64,000 nt of DNA from Clostridiales bacterium (GCA_012522015.1 JAAYLD010000044.1:3829-67828), one strand, 5' to 3'; counted from the first letter of the stretch, positions 48,053 to 56,833 are shown. Program-made: numbers and translations. The notes: generated from the sequence alone by a model not told the origin.

Positions 48053-49297
48053 TTAAAAGCTGAAAACAGCACCCGCCGCTGCATCCTCAACTGCATATCT
48101 CATTGCATCCATCAAATGATCGCACTTGCCAACCGGACGGTTGACAGCCTTCCCTGATGCATCCGTTGCCCAGACATAACTACGTATTTCTTCGGCGAAA
48201 GCGCGGCAGCACGGATGAATGATAATTTTATTTCGTCTGACAAGATCTATACCTGAAAGAAGACTGTCCCGTCCCTTTCGCGACGGAACAATCCGGTAAA
48301 GCCCAAGCTCACGCAGCTCAGATATCGACTTTGGCTCCGCAGCGTCGGCACAAATCCGCTCCTTTTTATATCCCCGCTCAATTATGAGGCGTGCGAGCCG
48401 ATCGTTTGTCAGCGAACGCTCGTATATCTCGTCGAATACATATATTTCACGTGTGGCAGGGTCAAAAATACCGCAGAAAAGAGCGCTCGGATCGTTCGTA
48501 TAACCAAAATCAAGCCCGAATATCGCCTTTGTACCGGGACGCCGAAGAATATCGGTGGGCGAAAACTCCCTTATCTCGTAGTTTTCATAAACAAGACCGC
48601 TCTCGTGCCCCCACTCGCCAAGCCCGGCAACGCGATAACGAGCCGGACGCTCCTTTTTCATTGTCTCGAACATTCGCCGGTCAGCCTCGTCAAGAAATTC
48701 GTTGCACATATAGTTTTTCGTAACAGCAAGAATATCGGGCGACGGAGGTGCGTCAAAGAACCGGCGCTTTAACCAGTGATTTTCATTCCACGGATTAAAC
48801 GTCAGCGTGATTTGCTTAAAATAACCATCAGGCACAGAACCGCGTATAAGCTCATCGAGTGTGTTAAAATCATCTTCATTCGTTATCTCAAACGCTTCCT
48901 CAATCCAAAGCCAACATAAAGCGCCGTACTCGACAGCAATTGACGTCAGCTTCATCGGATCGTCAAGCCCTTTGAAGATAATTTTTTGCCCTGTCCGCCG
49001 TCGCGTTATCTCAAGCGGAGAGGTGCGAAACTCAAACTCCCTCTCGACGCCAAGGCGACGCGCCGCCCATTTCAACTCCGTGTAACAGGAACGCTCAAGC
49101 GACGCGTAAGTCCTTCGCACAACGAGCAGATTGGCAAGCGGATACTTCCGCAGCCCGTTAATATACCAGAGAGCCGCCGTCTTTGACTTTTTCGATGCGC
49201 GTGAGCCTTTGACAACACGGTACCGCCCGCGAAAACGCCAAAAGTCAGCATATCCGCCCCCTACCGCTTGCGAAATATCAACCTTACGCCAAAGCAT
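48053..49297 (-). CDS. Terminase large subunit (PBSX XtmB-like)
   Basis: N-terminal ATPase with VKGSRASKKSKT (Walker A-like) and a C-terminal nuclease. It overlaps the small subunit gene by 14 nt. Confidence 0.8.
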   Translation of the reverse strand: MLWRKVDISQAVGGGYADFWRFRGRYRVVKGSRASKKSKTAALWYINGLRKYPLANLLVVRRTYASLERSCYTELKWAARRLGVEREFEFRTSPLEITRRRTGQKIIFKGLDDPMKLTSIAVEYGALCWLWIEEAFEITNEDDFNTLDELIRGSVPDGYFKQITLTFNPWNENHWLKRRFFDAPPSPDILAVTKNYMCNEFLDEADRRMFETMKKERPARYRVAGLGEWGHESGLVYENYEIREFSPTDILRRPGTKAIFGLDFGYTNDPSALFCGIFDPATREIYVFDEIYERSLTNDRLARLIIERGYKKERICADAAEPKSISELRELGLYRIVPSRKGRDSLLSGIDLVRRNKIIIHPCCRAFAEEIRSYVWATDASGKAVNRPVGKCDHLMDAMRYAVEDAAAGAVFSF

Positions 49298-49766
49298 CGT
49301 TACCCGCGCTCGTATTATCCTCCTCGTCAAAGAGGAGCTTCTCCTCACCGACGATTACAGTTTGCCTCATACCGCCGTCGCCATTGAAAATGCCATAACG
49401 ACGGGCTAACATTTCTGCCGCTGACATCCGCTCTTTTACCGACGCGCTTTTCTCGATTACACGAGCAGCACGCTCGGTTTTACCGGATGCACCTGTAAGC
49501 TGCTCAACAACGACAACAGGCTCGCGCACACATCCTCGCATGACAGACGTCAGCATCCGAAGAACCTCATCACACCCTGCAATACCTGAATCATTGTCAA
49601 AATCATAATCCGACAAGCCAAGCTCTTCCCTGACAGCTTTGCTTTTGAGAAGAGAAGCCCGACTTCCGGCTTTGTAACCGGCAAGGCGCGCCGCTTCGTT
49701 TACATTCTTGCAGCTTCTATAATATTCACAAAACTTCCTTTGTTTTTCAGTCAACTTCCTTTTCAT
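49284..49766 (-). CDS. Terminase small subunit (P27/Terminase_4-like)
   Basis: MKRKLTEKQRKFCEYYRSCKNVNEAARLAGYK is the canonical HTH N-terminus of this family. Confidence 0.75.
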   Translation of the reverse strand: MKRKLTEKQRKFCEYYRSCKNVNEAARLAGYKAGSRASLLKSKAVREELGLSDYDFDNDSGIAGCDEVLRMLTSVMRGCVREPVVVVEQLTGASGKTERAARVIEKSASVKERMSAAEMLARRYGIFNGDGGMRQTVIVGEEKLLFDEEDNTSAGNDALA

Positions 49767-49922
49767 ATACAAACCGCTCTGCGTTATTTTTATTGAGGTG
49801 TATAGTACCTCCTACCGAAGCAAATATTACCACGCCAAAGCGGTAAAAACCGTCATCCTGTAATCGACCTTTCATGCGCTTGCGCCATCATAAAACATAG
49901 CTTTTAAAAACGCACCTTTCCC

Positions 49923-50345
49923 TTATAGCTGCCCGTTTAGCTTCATGTATCTTTCACATCGCTTACGGGCGTATTGCTCGTCATACTCGCCGAGAGCAAA
50001 TGCTGTTTGCTGCCAGGTCTTCCCGTATAAAAACCGATGTTTCATCGCTGACCGTATAAAAGGTATATCGATCGCTTCAATATAGTGTTCAATTCTTTCA
50101 TACTTTGAGAGAAGCTCGTCCATCCGAGTCTTTATACTTGTCTCAAGCTTTGATATTCTCACATCAAAGTCAACAGTATCAGACTCCGAATATTCTTTTT
50201 CTTTGAGTGCTGCAGCCGCTTCACGAAGCGCTGCAAGCTCGCGAAGCTGCGAGCGCAGAAGCTGGAGTTCGTATTTTATGTGACGGTACTGCGAAAGCTC
50301 GTTTTTGATATTATATGTTGTCCTTTTTTCGCTAATACGACTCAC
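49923..50345 (-). CDS. Phage late-gene activator, sigma-70 region 4 / ArpU / DUF1492-like
   Basis: 140 aa. N-terminal coiled coil. C-terminal RSAMKHRFLYGKTWQQTAFALGEYDEQYARKRCERYMK is HTH-like. GTG start overlaps the upstream ORF by 14 nt. Confidence 0.55.
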   Translation of the reverse strand: MSRISEKRTTYNIKNELSQYRHIKYELQLLRSQLRELAALREAAAALKEKEYSESDTVDFDVRISKLETSIKTRMDELLSKYERIEHYIEAIDIPFIRSAMKHRFLYGKTWQQTAFALGEYDEQYARKRCERYMKLNGQL

Positions 50346-50649
50346 CAGCCTTCATAATTTTGTCTGTAATCTCAGAAAGCGCTTCGGAGACTGAGCCAAG
50401 TCCGCATATATCAAGAAATTCCGCCATCGAAAGCTTTTCAATGCACATCTCGCATATTATCTGCCCGACACCGTGACGCAGCCCGTATATGTACGTATCG
50501 TCAGGGTAAATACAGCTTCCGCACGAGCCACATACAAGCTCGCTTCCGCACCCTGAATCACAGAAGTATTCATCTGCGCATCCTGCGTCGCCAGCATTGA
50601 GCGGGCATCCTTCCATATGACTAAACCCATAACCGCAAACGTCACACAT
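50332..50649 (-). CDS. Cys-rich (multi-CxxC) small protein, first gene of the phage-like cluster
   Basis: ATG at 50649 follows a GGGGG RBS. The 105-aa product has 17 Cys, including CDVCG, CGSCGSC and CEMC. Confidence 0.5.
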   Translation of the reverse strand: MCDVCGYGFSHMEGCPLNAGDAGCADEYFCDSGCGSELVCGSCGSCIYPDDTYIYGLRHGVGQIICEMCIEKLSMAEFLDICGLGSVSEALSEITDKIMKAGESY

Positions 50650-50659
50650 GGCTAACCCC

Positions 50660-50673
50660 CAAACAAATGTTCG
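50660..50673 (-). promoter_or_regulatory. LexA (Cheo) box 1 in the leader of the phage-like cluster
   Basis: Minus strand CGAACATTTGTTTG fits GAAC-N4-GTTY and abuts the RBS of the first gene. Confidence 0.55.
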
Positions 50674-50689
50674 TTTTATGTGAGAAATA

Positions 50690-50715
50690 AAACGCGCCAA
50701 AATAAAAGCGCGTTT
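50690..50715 (-). promoter_or_regulatory. Leader hairpin (terminator-like) between the promoter and the first phage-like gene
   Basis: Minus strand AAACGCGC-loop-GCGCGTTTTATTT, starting about 8 nt after the predicted transcription start. Confidence 0.45.
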
Positions 50716-50729
50716 ATTTTATGTGCCTA

Positions 50730-50758
50730 ATTATACCATAAAATTTAGATATTGTCAA
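50730..50758 (-). promoter_or_regulatory. Consensus extended -10 sigma-A promoter of the phage-like cluster
   Basis: Minus strand TTGACA-17 nt-TATAAT with TGg immediately upstream of the -10. Confidence 0.75.
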
Positions 50759-50766
50759 TATAAAAC

Positions 50767-50780
50767 AGAACAAATGTTCG
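50767..50780 (-). promoter_or_regulatory. LexA (Cheo) box 2, 8 nt upstream of the -35
   Basis: Minus strand CGAACATTTGTTCT has a perfect GAAC-N4-GTTC core. It shares the 12-mer CGAACATTTGTT with box 1. Confidence 0.6.
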
Positions 50781-50865
50781 TATTTTTCGTACTCCGTTAT
50801 TTTGTATTATTTAATATAAAATAAGAAAAATAATAAGCTGAAAAGACATACTTCACACTTAATGC

Positions 50866-50894
50866 TTGACAAATAGAGTTCACATAATTATAAT
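50866..50894 (+). promoter_or_regulatory. Sigma-A promoter for nfo
   Basis: TTGACA-17 nt-TATAAT. This shows the ORF-track start at 50866 is spurious. Confidence 0.7.
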
Positions 50895-50952
50895 AAAAAA
50901 GATCATAGGTTCGCATATTAACAAAAATAACCATAAAAGGTTTAAGAATTAT

Positions 50953-51825
50953 ATGAAAGAAAAAGCCGCCGGGCTAATAATCGGAGCACATATGTCAATC
51001 TCGGATGGATATACTGCCATGGTGCGAGATGCAATAAGCATCGGTGCCAATGCGATACAGTATTTCACGAGAAATCCGCGCGGTTACGGGGTGCGCGCAC
51101 TTGATGAAGATGATATTAAAAACGCCTTCAATCTATTATCTGAGAACGGGATACCGTGTAGTCATATAATAGCCCACGCACCCTATACAATGAACCCCTG
51201 CTCGGCAAAGGAAGATGTGCGGCGCTTCACAATTGATATAATGCGCGAGGATATTGAGCGCCTTGAGCATTTCCCGGGAACGCTGTATAATTTCCATCCC
51301 GGTTCACATACAGGACAGGGTGTCGATGTAGGAATCAAACAGACAGCTTTGTGCCTTGCTTCGATAATGACAGCTGAGCAAAAGACAGTTGTCTTAATTG
51401 AGACAATGGCAGGAAAGGGCACCGAAATCGGCCACTCTTTTGAAGAAATAAGAGATATTATCGATGTTGCTGAAGCTGAAAATACATCGATCAAAGGAAA
51501 AATCGGCGTATGTCTTGACACGTGCCACATTAATGATGCCGGTTACGATGTAATAAACGATCTCGATGGCATTCTTGAACGTTTCGACCTTGTCATTGGA
51601 TTAAAACGCCTGCGCGCTGTTCACCTAAATGACAGTAAAAATCCGTTTGGCTCTCATAAGGACCGCCATGAAATTATCGGGAATGGCGAAATTGGTATAC
51701 AAGCGATTGAACGCGTAATAAACCACCCACATCTTCGCTCGCTGCCGTTTTGCCTTGAAACACCAAACGATCTCGCTGGATATGCCGCTGAAATTGCCCT
51801 TTTACGCACTCTTTATAAAAACTGA
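50953..51825 (+). CDS. nfo: Deoxyribonuclease IV (endonuclease IV, AP endonuclease family 2)
   Basis: GAHMSISDGY, IAHAPYTMNPCS, YNFHPGSH, VLIETMAGKG, VCLDTCHINDAGYD, HLNDSKNPFGSHKDRHE and PFCLETP. Confidence 0.9.
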   Translation: MKEKAAGLIIGAHMSISDGYTAMVRDAISIGANAIQYFTRNPRGYGVRALDEDDIKNAFNLLSENGIPCSHIIAHAPYTMNPCSAKEDVRRFTIDIMREDIERLEHFPGTLYNFHPGSHTGQGVDVGIKQTALCLASIMTAEQKTVVLIETMAGKGTEIGHSFEEIRDIIDVAEAENTSIKGKIGVCLDTCHINDAGYDVINDLDGILERFDLVIGLKRLRAVHLNDSKNPFGSHKDRHEIIGNGEIGIQAIERVINHPHLRSLPFCLETPNDLAGYAAEIALLRTLYKN

Positions 51826-51872
51826 CACTTATATATTTCACTTAAAAGCAATGTCAACTGAGGTTATCTGAC

Positions 51873-52391
51873 ATGAACTTATGCAACATTACCCCACCTG
51901 AGCAAACATGTTGTTTTACCGGGCATAGGCGGATACAGCCTTCGCAGGTAGAGGAGCTTAACAAACGTCTTAGTTCTATTATTGACACTTTATACAAGGA
52001 AGGTGTTAGGCACTTCCGCTGTGGCGGCGCACTTGGATTTGACAGCTTGGCAGCTCTTGCCGTTATACGCAGCAAGCGTGAGCACTCCGATATAAGATTG
52101 ATTTTAATATTACCATGTATTGACCAGACGCATGGCTGGAGCCGAGCCGATGAACGCATTTATGAGCGCATACGCGAAAGCGCGGACGAGGTCGTGTACA
52201 CAGCGACCGAATATTCGCGTCAAAACATGCTATTGCGCGACCGTGCGCTTGTCGACGGATGCGGTATCTGTGTAGCTTATATGAACTCCGCAAGTGGTGG
52301 AACAGGTTATACTGTACGTTATGCTGTCCGCTCAGGCTTACGTGTTCTCAATCTCGGCAAAAGTGCGATACCTATCTTTACGACTGCCTAA
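51873..52391 (+). CDS. SLOG-fold DUF1273 (YpsA-like) protein
   Basis: CCFTGHRR at the N-terminus, GGALGFDSLAA and SGGTGYTVRYA are typical of DUF1273. Confidence 0.75.
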   Translation: MNLCNITPPEQTCCFTGHRRIQPSQVEELNKRLSSIIDTLYKEGVRHFRCGGALGFDSLAALAVIRSKREHSDIRLILILPCIDQTHGWSRADERIYERIRESADEVVYTATEYSRQNMLLRDRALVDGCGICVAYMNSASGGTGYTVRYAVRSGLRVLNLGKSAIPIFTTA

Positions 52392-52809
52392 ACTATCAAA
52401 TATCATAAAATCTGCAATATCATCATTAATTAAAGCTCGGCCTTCAGGTGGCTATTCATTTATAATATAAATATCCAAAATAAGAATTGTGGCTGTTGCT
52501 ATGCAACGAGTGCGGACAACAAGAGTATGTACCCTGATGGGTGCATACCCTTGTGTTTTACAAAAATCAAATAGCAAAACAACATAGATTATCAAGATAA
52601 AAACGAACGCGCTACCCACGACATAGCTATTTACGAACGGTGTTCTTTCTGTTTATCTCAATAAAGAGGGCAACGCTTAAAAAAGTGGCTTTGCCCTTTA
52701 AATATGGTGGGATGATAAATACTATTCTCTTGATGGTCGATACTTGCAAAGAATAAATCTTACAATTTCAGACTTTCTCCTGTAGCTTTTATTTAGTCAA
52801 GAAAGTATT

Positions 52810-54008
52810 TTAAAGAGAAAACTCTTTGTCGTAGATAACAGTGAAGTTACCGCACTTTTTAAACCAATCAACATTTTCTGTGTGTACGGGAATAATATAT
52901 CTTGGCTTTACATCACTGATTAATGCCCTTATCGTTTCTTCGTCAGCATGTCCGCTTATATGTAAATCAACGATACGAACGCCTTTGTCTTGCATGAACT
53001 GAAGAAACTTTGCAACATCTTCCTTCTCTTTATATCCATTCCACATTGAGTAGAACAGAATACCGCCATTAAACGATATTTCTTCCGATAGCTTTTCCAG
53101 AGAACTTTCATAGACGGGCGAACACACATGACAAAGCGCTGTTTCGCGATACCCGCCCTTCCTATTTTTGATTTTTTGTATTTGCTATCCAGAAGTTCAT
53201 ACCGTTCATTACAACCGTTTGTGATAAAAACGCGCACACCGGAAAAAGTCACAGGATTGGGAATGTTTTCTCCGGCTGCAGAGGCAACCTCAGCCATATA
53301 CAAATCCTGTAATAAAACGCGGTTGCTTCTGCGCGCTGCCTTGAATATGGTAACAATGCGATCAATATTAGTGGCAGCTTGTAGAATGAATACAGGTGCG
53401 CTAATTTGAGAGATTTCCTCATATGCTAATTGCTCTAAATCCGTTTCTGTTTTAGGAGGAACAGGGGCTCTCGAAAGTGTCGTTCCCTCTATAATTAACA
53501 CGTCCGCTTGAGGTAGCCTATGAAGTAAATGCGAAAAGCTCTTCCTACCATTTGAACGAAAATCCCCGGAATAAATCAGTGCTTTATCACCGCAAGCTAT
53601 ATGAAACATATACGCATCAAATGCAGAATGGTAACATTGATATGGCGTAATTTGAAAATCTCCGATGGAAATTGTTTTTCCCGACTCATAATGGGCGGTA
53701 AAATGATATTCTGGTTTATTCAAATATCTTTTAGCTGCATTAGTCACATCCGCCGCCCTTTTCCCAATATAAATCGGGATTTCGGGCAATACTTGATCAC
53801 ATAAACCTAAATGATCGCCATGATAGTGAGAGATGAACACGGCATCATAAGACGCTTGTCCGAAAAACAAGCCTTCTATTTGCGGCGCAACAGGGATTTC
53901 TTCGTCCAATTCTGATCCAGCATCAAGTATGATTTTTGTTGTCTTGGAAGCGATTTCAATGATTGAGCCGCCTATTTGATTTTGTCCACGGTGAATAATG
54001 ATGTTCAT
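52810..54008 (-). pseudogene. MBL-fold metallo-hydrolase interrupted by a frameshift in a homopolymer tract
   Basis: The N-terminal frame (54008 to about 53170) carries HYHGDHLG. The C-terminal frame (open from about 53192 to 52810) carries LHISGHAD and IPVHTE. The frames overlap around the T5 and T6 runs at 53165-53177 (plus strand). Confidence 0.7.
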
Positions 54009-54778
54009 AAAGTTACTTTCTTCTTGCGGAAACAAGCATTGCTTCATACATTCGCTCAATTACATTGATTAGTAAATCAACACGGTATCCCTTATCATTA
54101 ACAATAGGCTCCTTAAAGTAAATCGGAATGATAACCGTTCGAGGATCTGCTTTTTGAGGCTTTCCTTACACTGCCTTGGTTGTCGTCTGTCCACTTTATA
54201 ATTGCAAATCGTTCCCAGAGACAGACAACACATTTTACTTGGCCACGTCTAAATCAACATTTTCGCAACAGTCGTTCTTATTTCTCCAAACTTAATGCCT
54301 AAAACAAAACTGGAGTAATATTTGCCTATTACTTGACTAAATTTATTAATAGAGAGTCAACTATCTTTCTATTTTACACATATCATGCCTTTATTGTAAA
54401 ATTATAATCAATTCTGTGGCTTTTTCAATATTTTAAAGAAAATTTGTAGAATAGCAGATTTAAGCGCTGAATGATCTTGTGAAAAAGGGACATTTCTACG
54501 CACCCGGTAAGAGTAGCGAACAAAGGTTATAGAATATAAAAATTAGTTTTGCTTGTATTGTTTTTTTGCTCGAAAGCATTATCGGAGAAATGATCAATCA
54601 CGCATTAGAAAACAGCGTGACTTTATGTCACGCTGTTCTCATTAAACACAATAAAATCTGTTTTAATAGACGCTACTTTTATGACGTGCTTTTTCGTGTA
54701 ATTATCCTAATAATTCCAGCGACAATCACAACCACCCCCGCCTCTGAATATATTAATACTAAAAAATGCGGAAAGGTT

Positions 54779-55231
54779 GTGTGTTTTTTGGACGGGGCAG
54801 TCAGTTTTCCTGAAAATCCGATTGAGCCCTTTACCGAAACGGGTTATATAAGAGTTTATGTGACCACAGCGGGCGGTGGCTTGACAGTTGAGAACGCGCT
54901 TGTAACAATCAGAATTGCTATTTCTGAGTATTCATCTGTTTGTGCGACCCTTACGACAGATGAAAGTGGTAAAATACCGAGAGTTGAGGTGCCGGCACCA
55001 CCTCGAACTCTTTCATTGACTCCAAGTGACACCCCCACAGGCAAAAATCCATATTCGCTTTACAATATCGAAGTCACAAAGGATGGATATTACCCTGCAT
55101 CGGTTCATGGCGCACAGGTTTTTTCCGGCATAACGTCAATACTAAAGGTGGATCTTGTGCCAATAATGGAAGGTGAAAGCTCGGATGGCTTAACTGTAAT
55201 GGGGAATACTGGTGTGGGGGAAGGGAAATAA
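54779..55231 (+). CDS. Carboxypeptidase-regulatory-like (beta-sandwich) domain protein
   Basis: GYIRVYVTTAGGGLTVENALVTI ... ESGKIPRVEVP ... YNIEVTKDGYY ... VFSGITSILKVDLVP fits the CarboxypepD_reg pattern. Start is uncertain (GTG at 54779 or TTG at 54788). The upstream part of the 54566 ORF looks non-coding. Confidence 0.5.
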   Translation: MCFLDGAVSFPENPIEPFTETGYIRVYVTTAGGGLTVENALVTIRIAISEYSSVCATLTTDESGKIPRVEVPAPPRTLSLTPSDTPTGKNPYSLYNIEVTKDGYYPASVHGAQVFSGITSILKVDLVPIMEGESSDGLTVMGNTGVGEGK

Positions 55232-55354
55232 CTTTGATTTTTAGCCCGGGGACTCTCGAGCTGCCATATACATATGTGAAACCTGATAAAAAAAGCCCCC
55301 GCCCATTTTGCGGAGGGCTTTTTAGATGATTAGAAGATGATAAGAACAAAACAA

Positions 55355-56833
55355 TCAACCCGTTTTGCGCCACATAGACGGCATAAAGAGCATTATAATC
55401 GGGTAGATTTCAAGACGTCCAAGCAGCATATCGACGCTCAAGGTGAGCTTAGATATATTTGATAGCGTTGAGTAATTACCAACCGCCCCCATCCTGCCGA
55501 ATCCCGGGCCGACATTGTTTATACATGCTATAACTGATGAAAAAGACTCTTTAAAACTAATTGCGTCAAGCGACAGTATTAAGAGCGAAATTGCGGAAAT
55601 AACCACATATATATTCAGATAAACATTTACCTTTGATACAACGCCCTCGTCGATAGCTTTGCCGTCTATTGTTATTACCTTCACACGGCGGTTGTGCAGC
55701 ATGCTGCGGAAGCTTTGCATAGCGCCCTTTGCAACAATCATTGAACGAATCACTTTTATACCGCCAGCTGTCGAACCGGATGACCCGCCAATTACCATTA
55801 GAATTAAAAGTATATAGTGCGAAAGCTGCGGCCAAGTATTAAAATCAACTGTTGCAAAACCCGTCGTAGTTATAATGCTCGACACAGTAAAGAAGCTGTG
55901 GTGGATAGCTTGCCAGATGTTTTTAAAATATGAGATGACATTAATCGAGATAACAGCCGTAGCGGCAAGCATTATACCGAAATAGGTTCTCATTTCTTCA
56001 CTCTTGAGTGCGCGGCGTATGTTACCGGTCAGCATTAAAAAGTAAACGTTGAAATTGACGCCGAAAAGCGCCATAAAAATGGCTATAACAACTTGACAAT
56101 ATGTGCTGTACGCCGCAATTCCCGCGTTTCTGACGGCAAAGCCGCCTGTTCCTGCGGTTCCAAGGCTGACCGTAACAGCGTCGAAGGCAGGCATTCCGCC
56201 AAGCAGCAGGAATATAACTTGTAGAAGCGTAAGGCTAACATAAATAATATATAAAATAGCTGCAGTATGCGCTGTCTTTGGAACGAGCTTCCCGACGATT
56301 GGGCCAGGTGTTTCTGCTTGAACTAAATGGAGCAAATCACCGCCGCCTGTATGCGTGGTGCGCGTACTTTTATAGGCTTCCGGCATGATAGCAAGTGTAA
56401 AAACAAGCACGCCCATCCCGCCGATCCAGTGCGTAAAACTGCGCCAGAAAAGCATACCGCGTGACAATGACTCAACATCCGTCAGTATCGTAGCGCCGGT
56501 CGTTGTTAAACCCGACACACACTCAAAAAAAGCGCTTACAAAAGACGGAATTTCTTTTGAAAGAAAGAATGGCATAGCGCCGAATACTGATAAGAGTATC
56601 CATGATATCGCGACTATGGCAATACCCTCACGGGAATGTAGCTCGCGGCTCTTTTTGCTGACAGGCAACGAAATTGCAAGACCTATCACCGCAAGAGTGG
56701 CGATTGTAATGACAAAAGCTCGCCAACTCGTAACCTCCCCGGTTAGTAGTGATATAGCCATTGAAGGTAACATAGCTAATGCTTCAACAATTAAAATGCG
56801 CCCGATATAAAAAAGCAAAGCAGATGTATTCAT
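55355..56833 (-). CDS. trkH: TrkH/KtrB family potassium uptake membrane subunit
   Basis: 492 aa, polytopic, with repeated selectivity-filter-like GLTTTGAT, LGTAGTGGF, ITTTGFAT and GSTAGGIK. Confidence 0.85.
   Translation of the reverse strand: MNTSALLFYIGRILIVEALAMLPSMAISLLTGEVTSWRAFVITIATLAVIGLAISLPVSKKSRELHSREGIAIVAISWILLSVFGAMPFFLSKEIPSFVSAFFECVSGLTTTGATILTDVESLSRGMLFWRSFTHWIGGMGVLVFTLAIMPEAYKSTRTTHTGGGDLLHLVQAETPGPIVGKLVPKTAHTAAILYIIYVSLTLLQVIFLLLGGMPAFDAVTVSLGTAGTGGFAVRNAGIAAYSTYCQVVIAIFMALFGVNFNVYFLMLTGNIRRALKSEEMRTYFGIMLAATAVISINVISYFKNIWQAIHHSFFTVSSIITTTGFATVDFNTWPQLSHYILLILMVIGGSSGSTAGGIKVIRSMIVAKGAMQSFRSMLHNRRVKVITIDGKAIDEGVVSKVNVYLNIYVVISAISLLILSLDAISFKESFSSVIACINNVGPGFGRMGAVGNYSTLSNISKLTLSVDMLLGRLEIYPIIMLFMPSMWRKTG

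Larger units (their letters stand above)
38978..50790 (-). mobile_element. Phage-derived head plus contractile-tail gene cluster (PBSX-like, incomplete) with its control region
   Basis: Sixteen co-directional ORFs (50649 down to 38978) with frequent 4-14 nt overlaps, in phage structural-module order. No integrase, repressor, replication, lysis, fibre, tube or tape-measure ORFs. Confidence 0.85.

Noticed and set aside
38900-50860. Search for att-type direct repeats flanking the phage-like cluster.
   Set aside because: Only a 7-nt match (TTTTATG) is seen at both ends, which is expected by chance in AT-rich spacers. There is no integrase and no tRNA at either boundary.
50866-50952. N-terminal extension of nfo in the ORF track (start at 50866).
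   Set aside because: The supposed start codon is the TTG of the TTGACA -35 hexamer of the nfo promoter. The endonuclease IV homology starts after the ATG at 50953.
54566-54778. Upstream 71 codons of ORF 54566-55231.
   Set aside because: There is no RBS, the composition is AT-rich and odd, and the beta-sandwich domain homology begins after about 54790. This part is probably untranslated.
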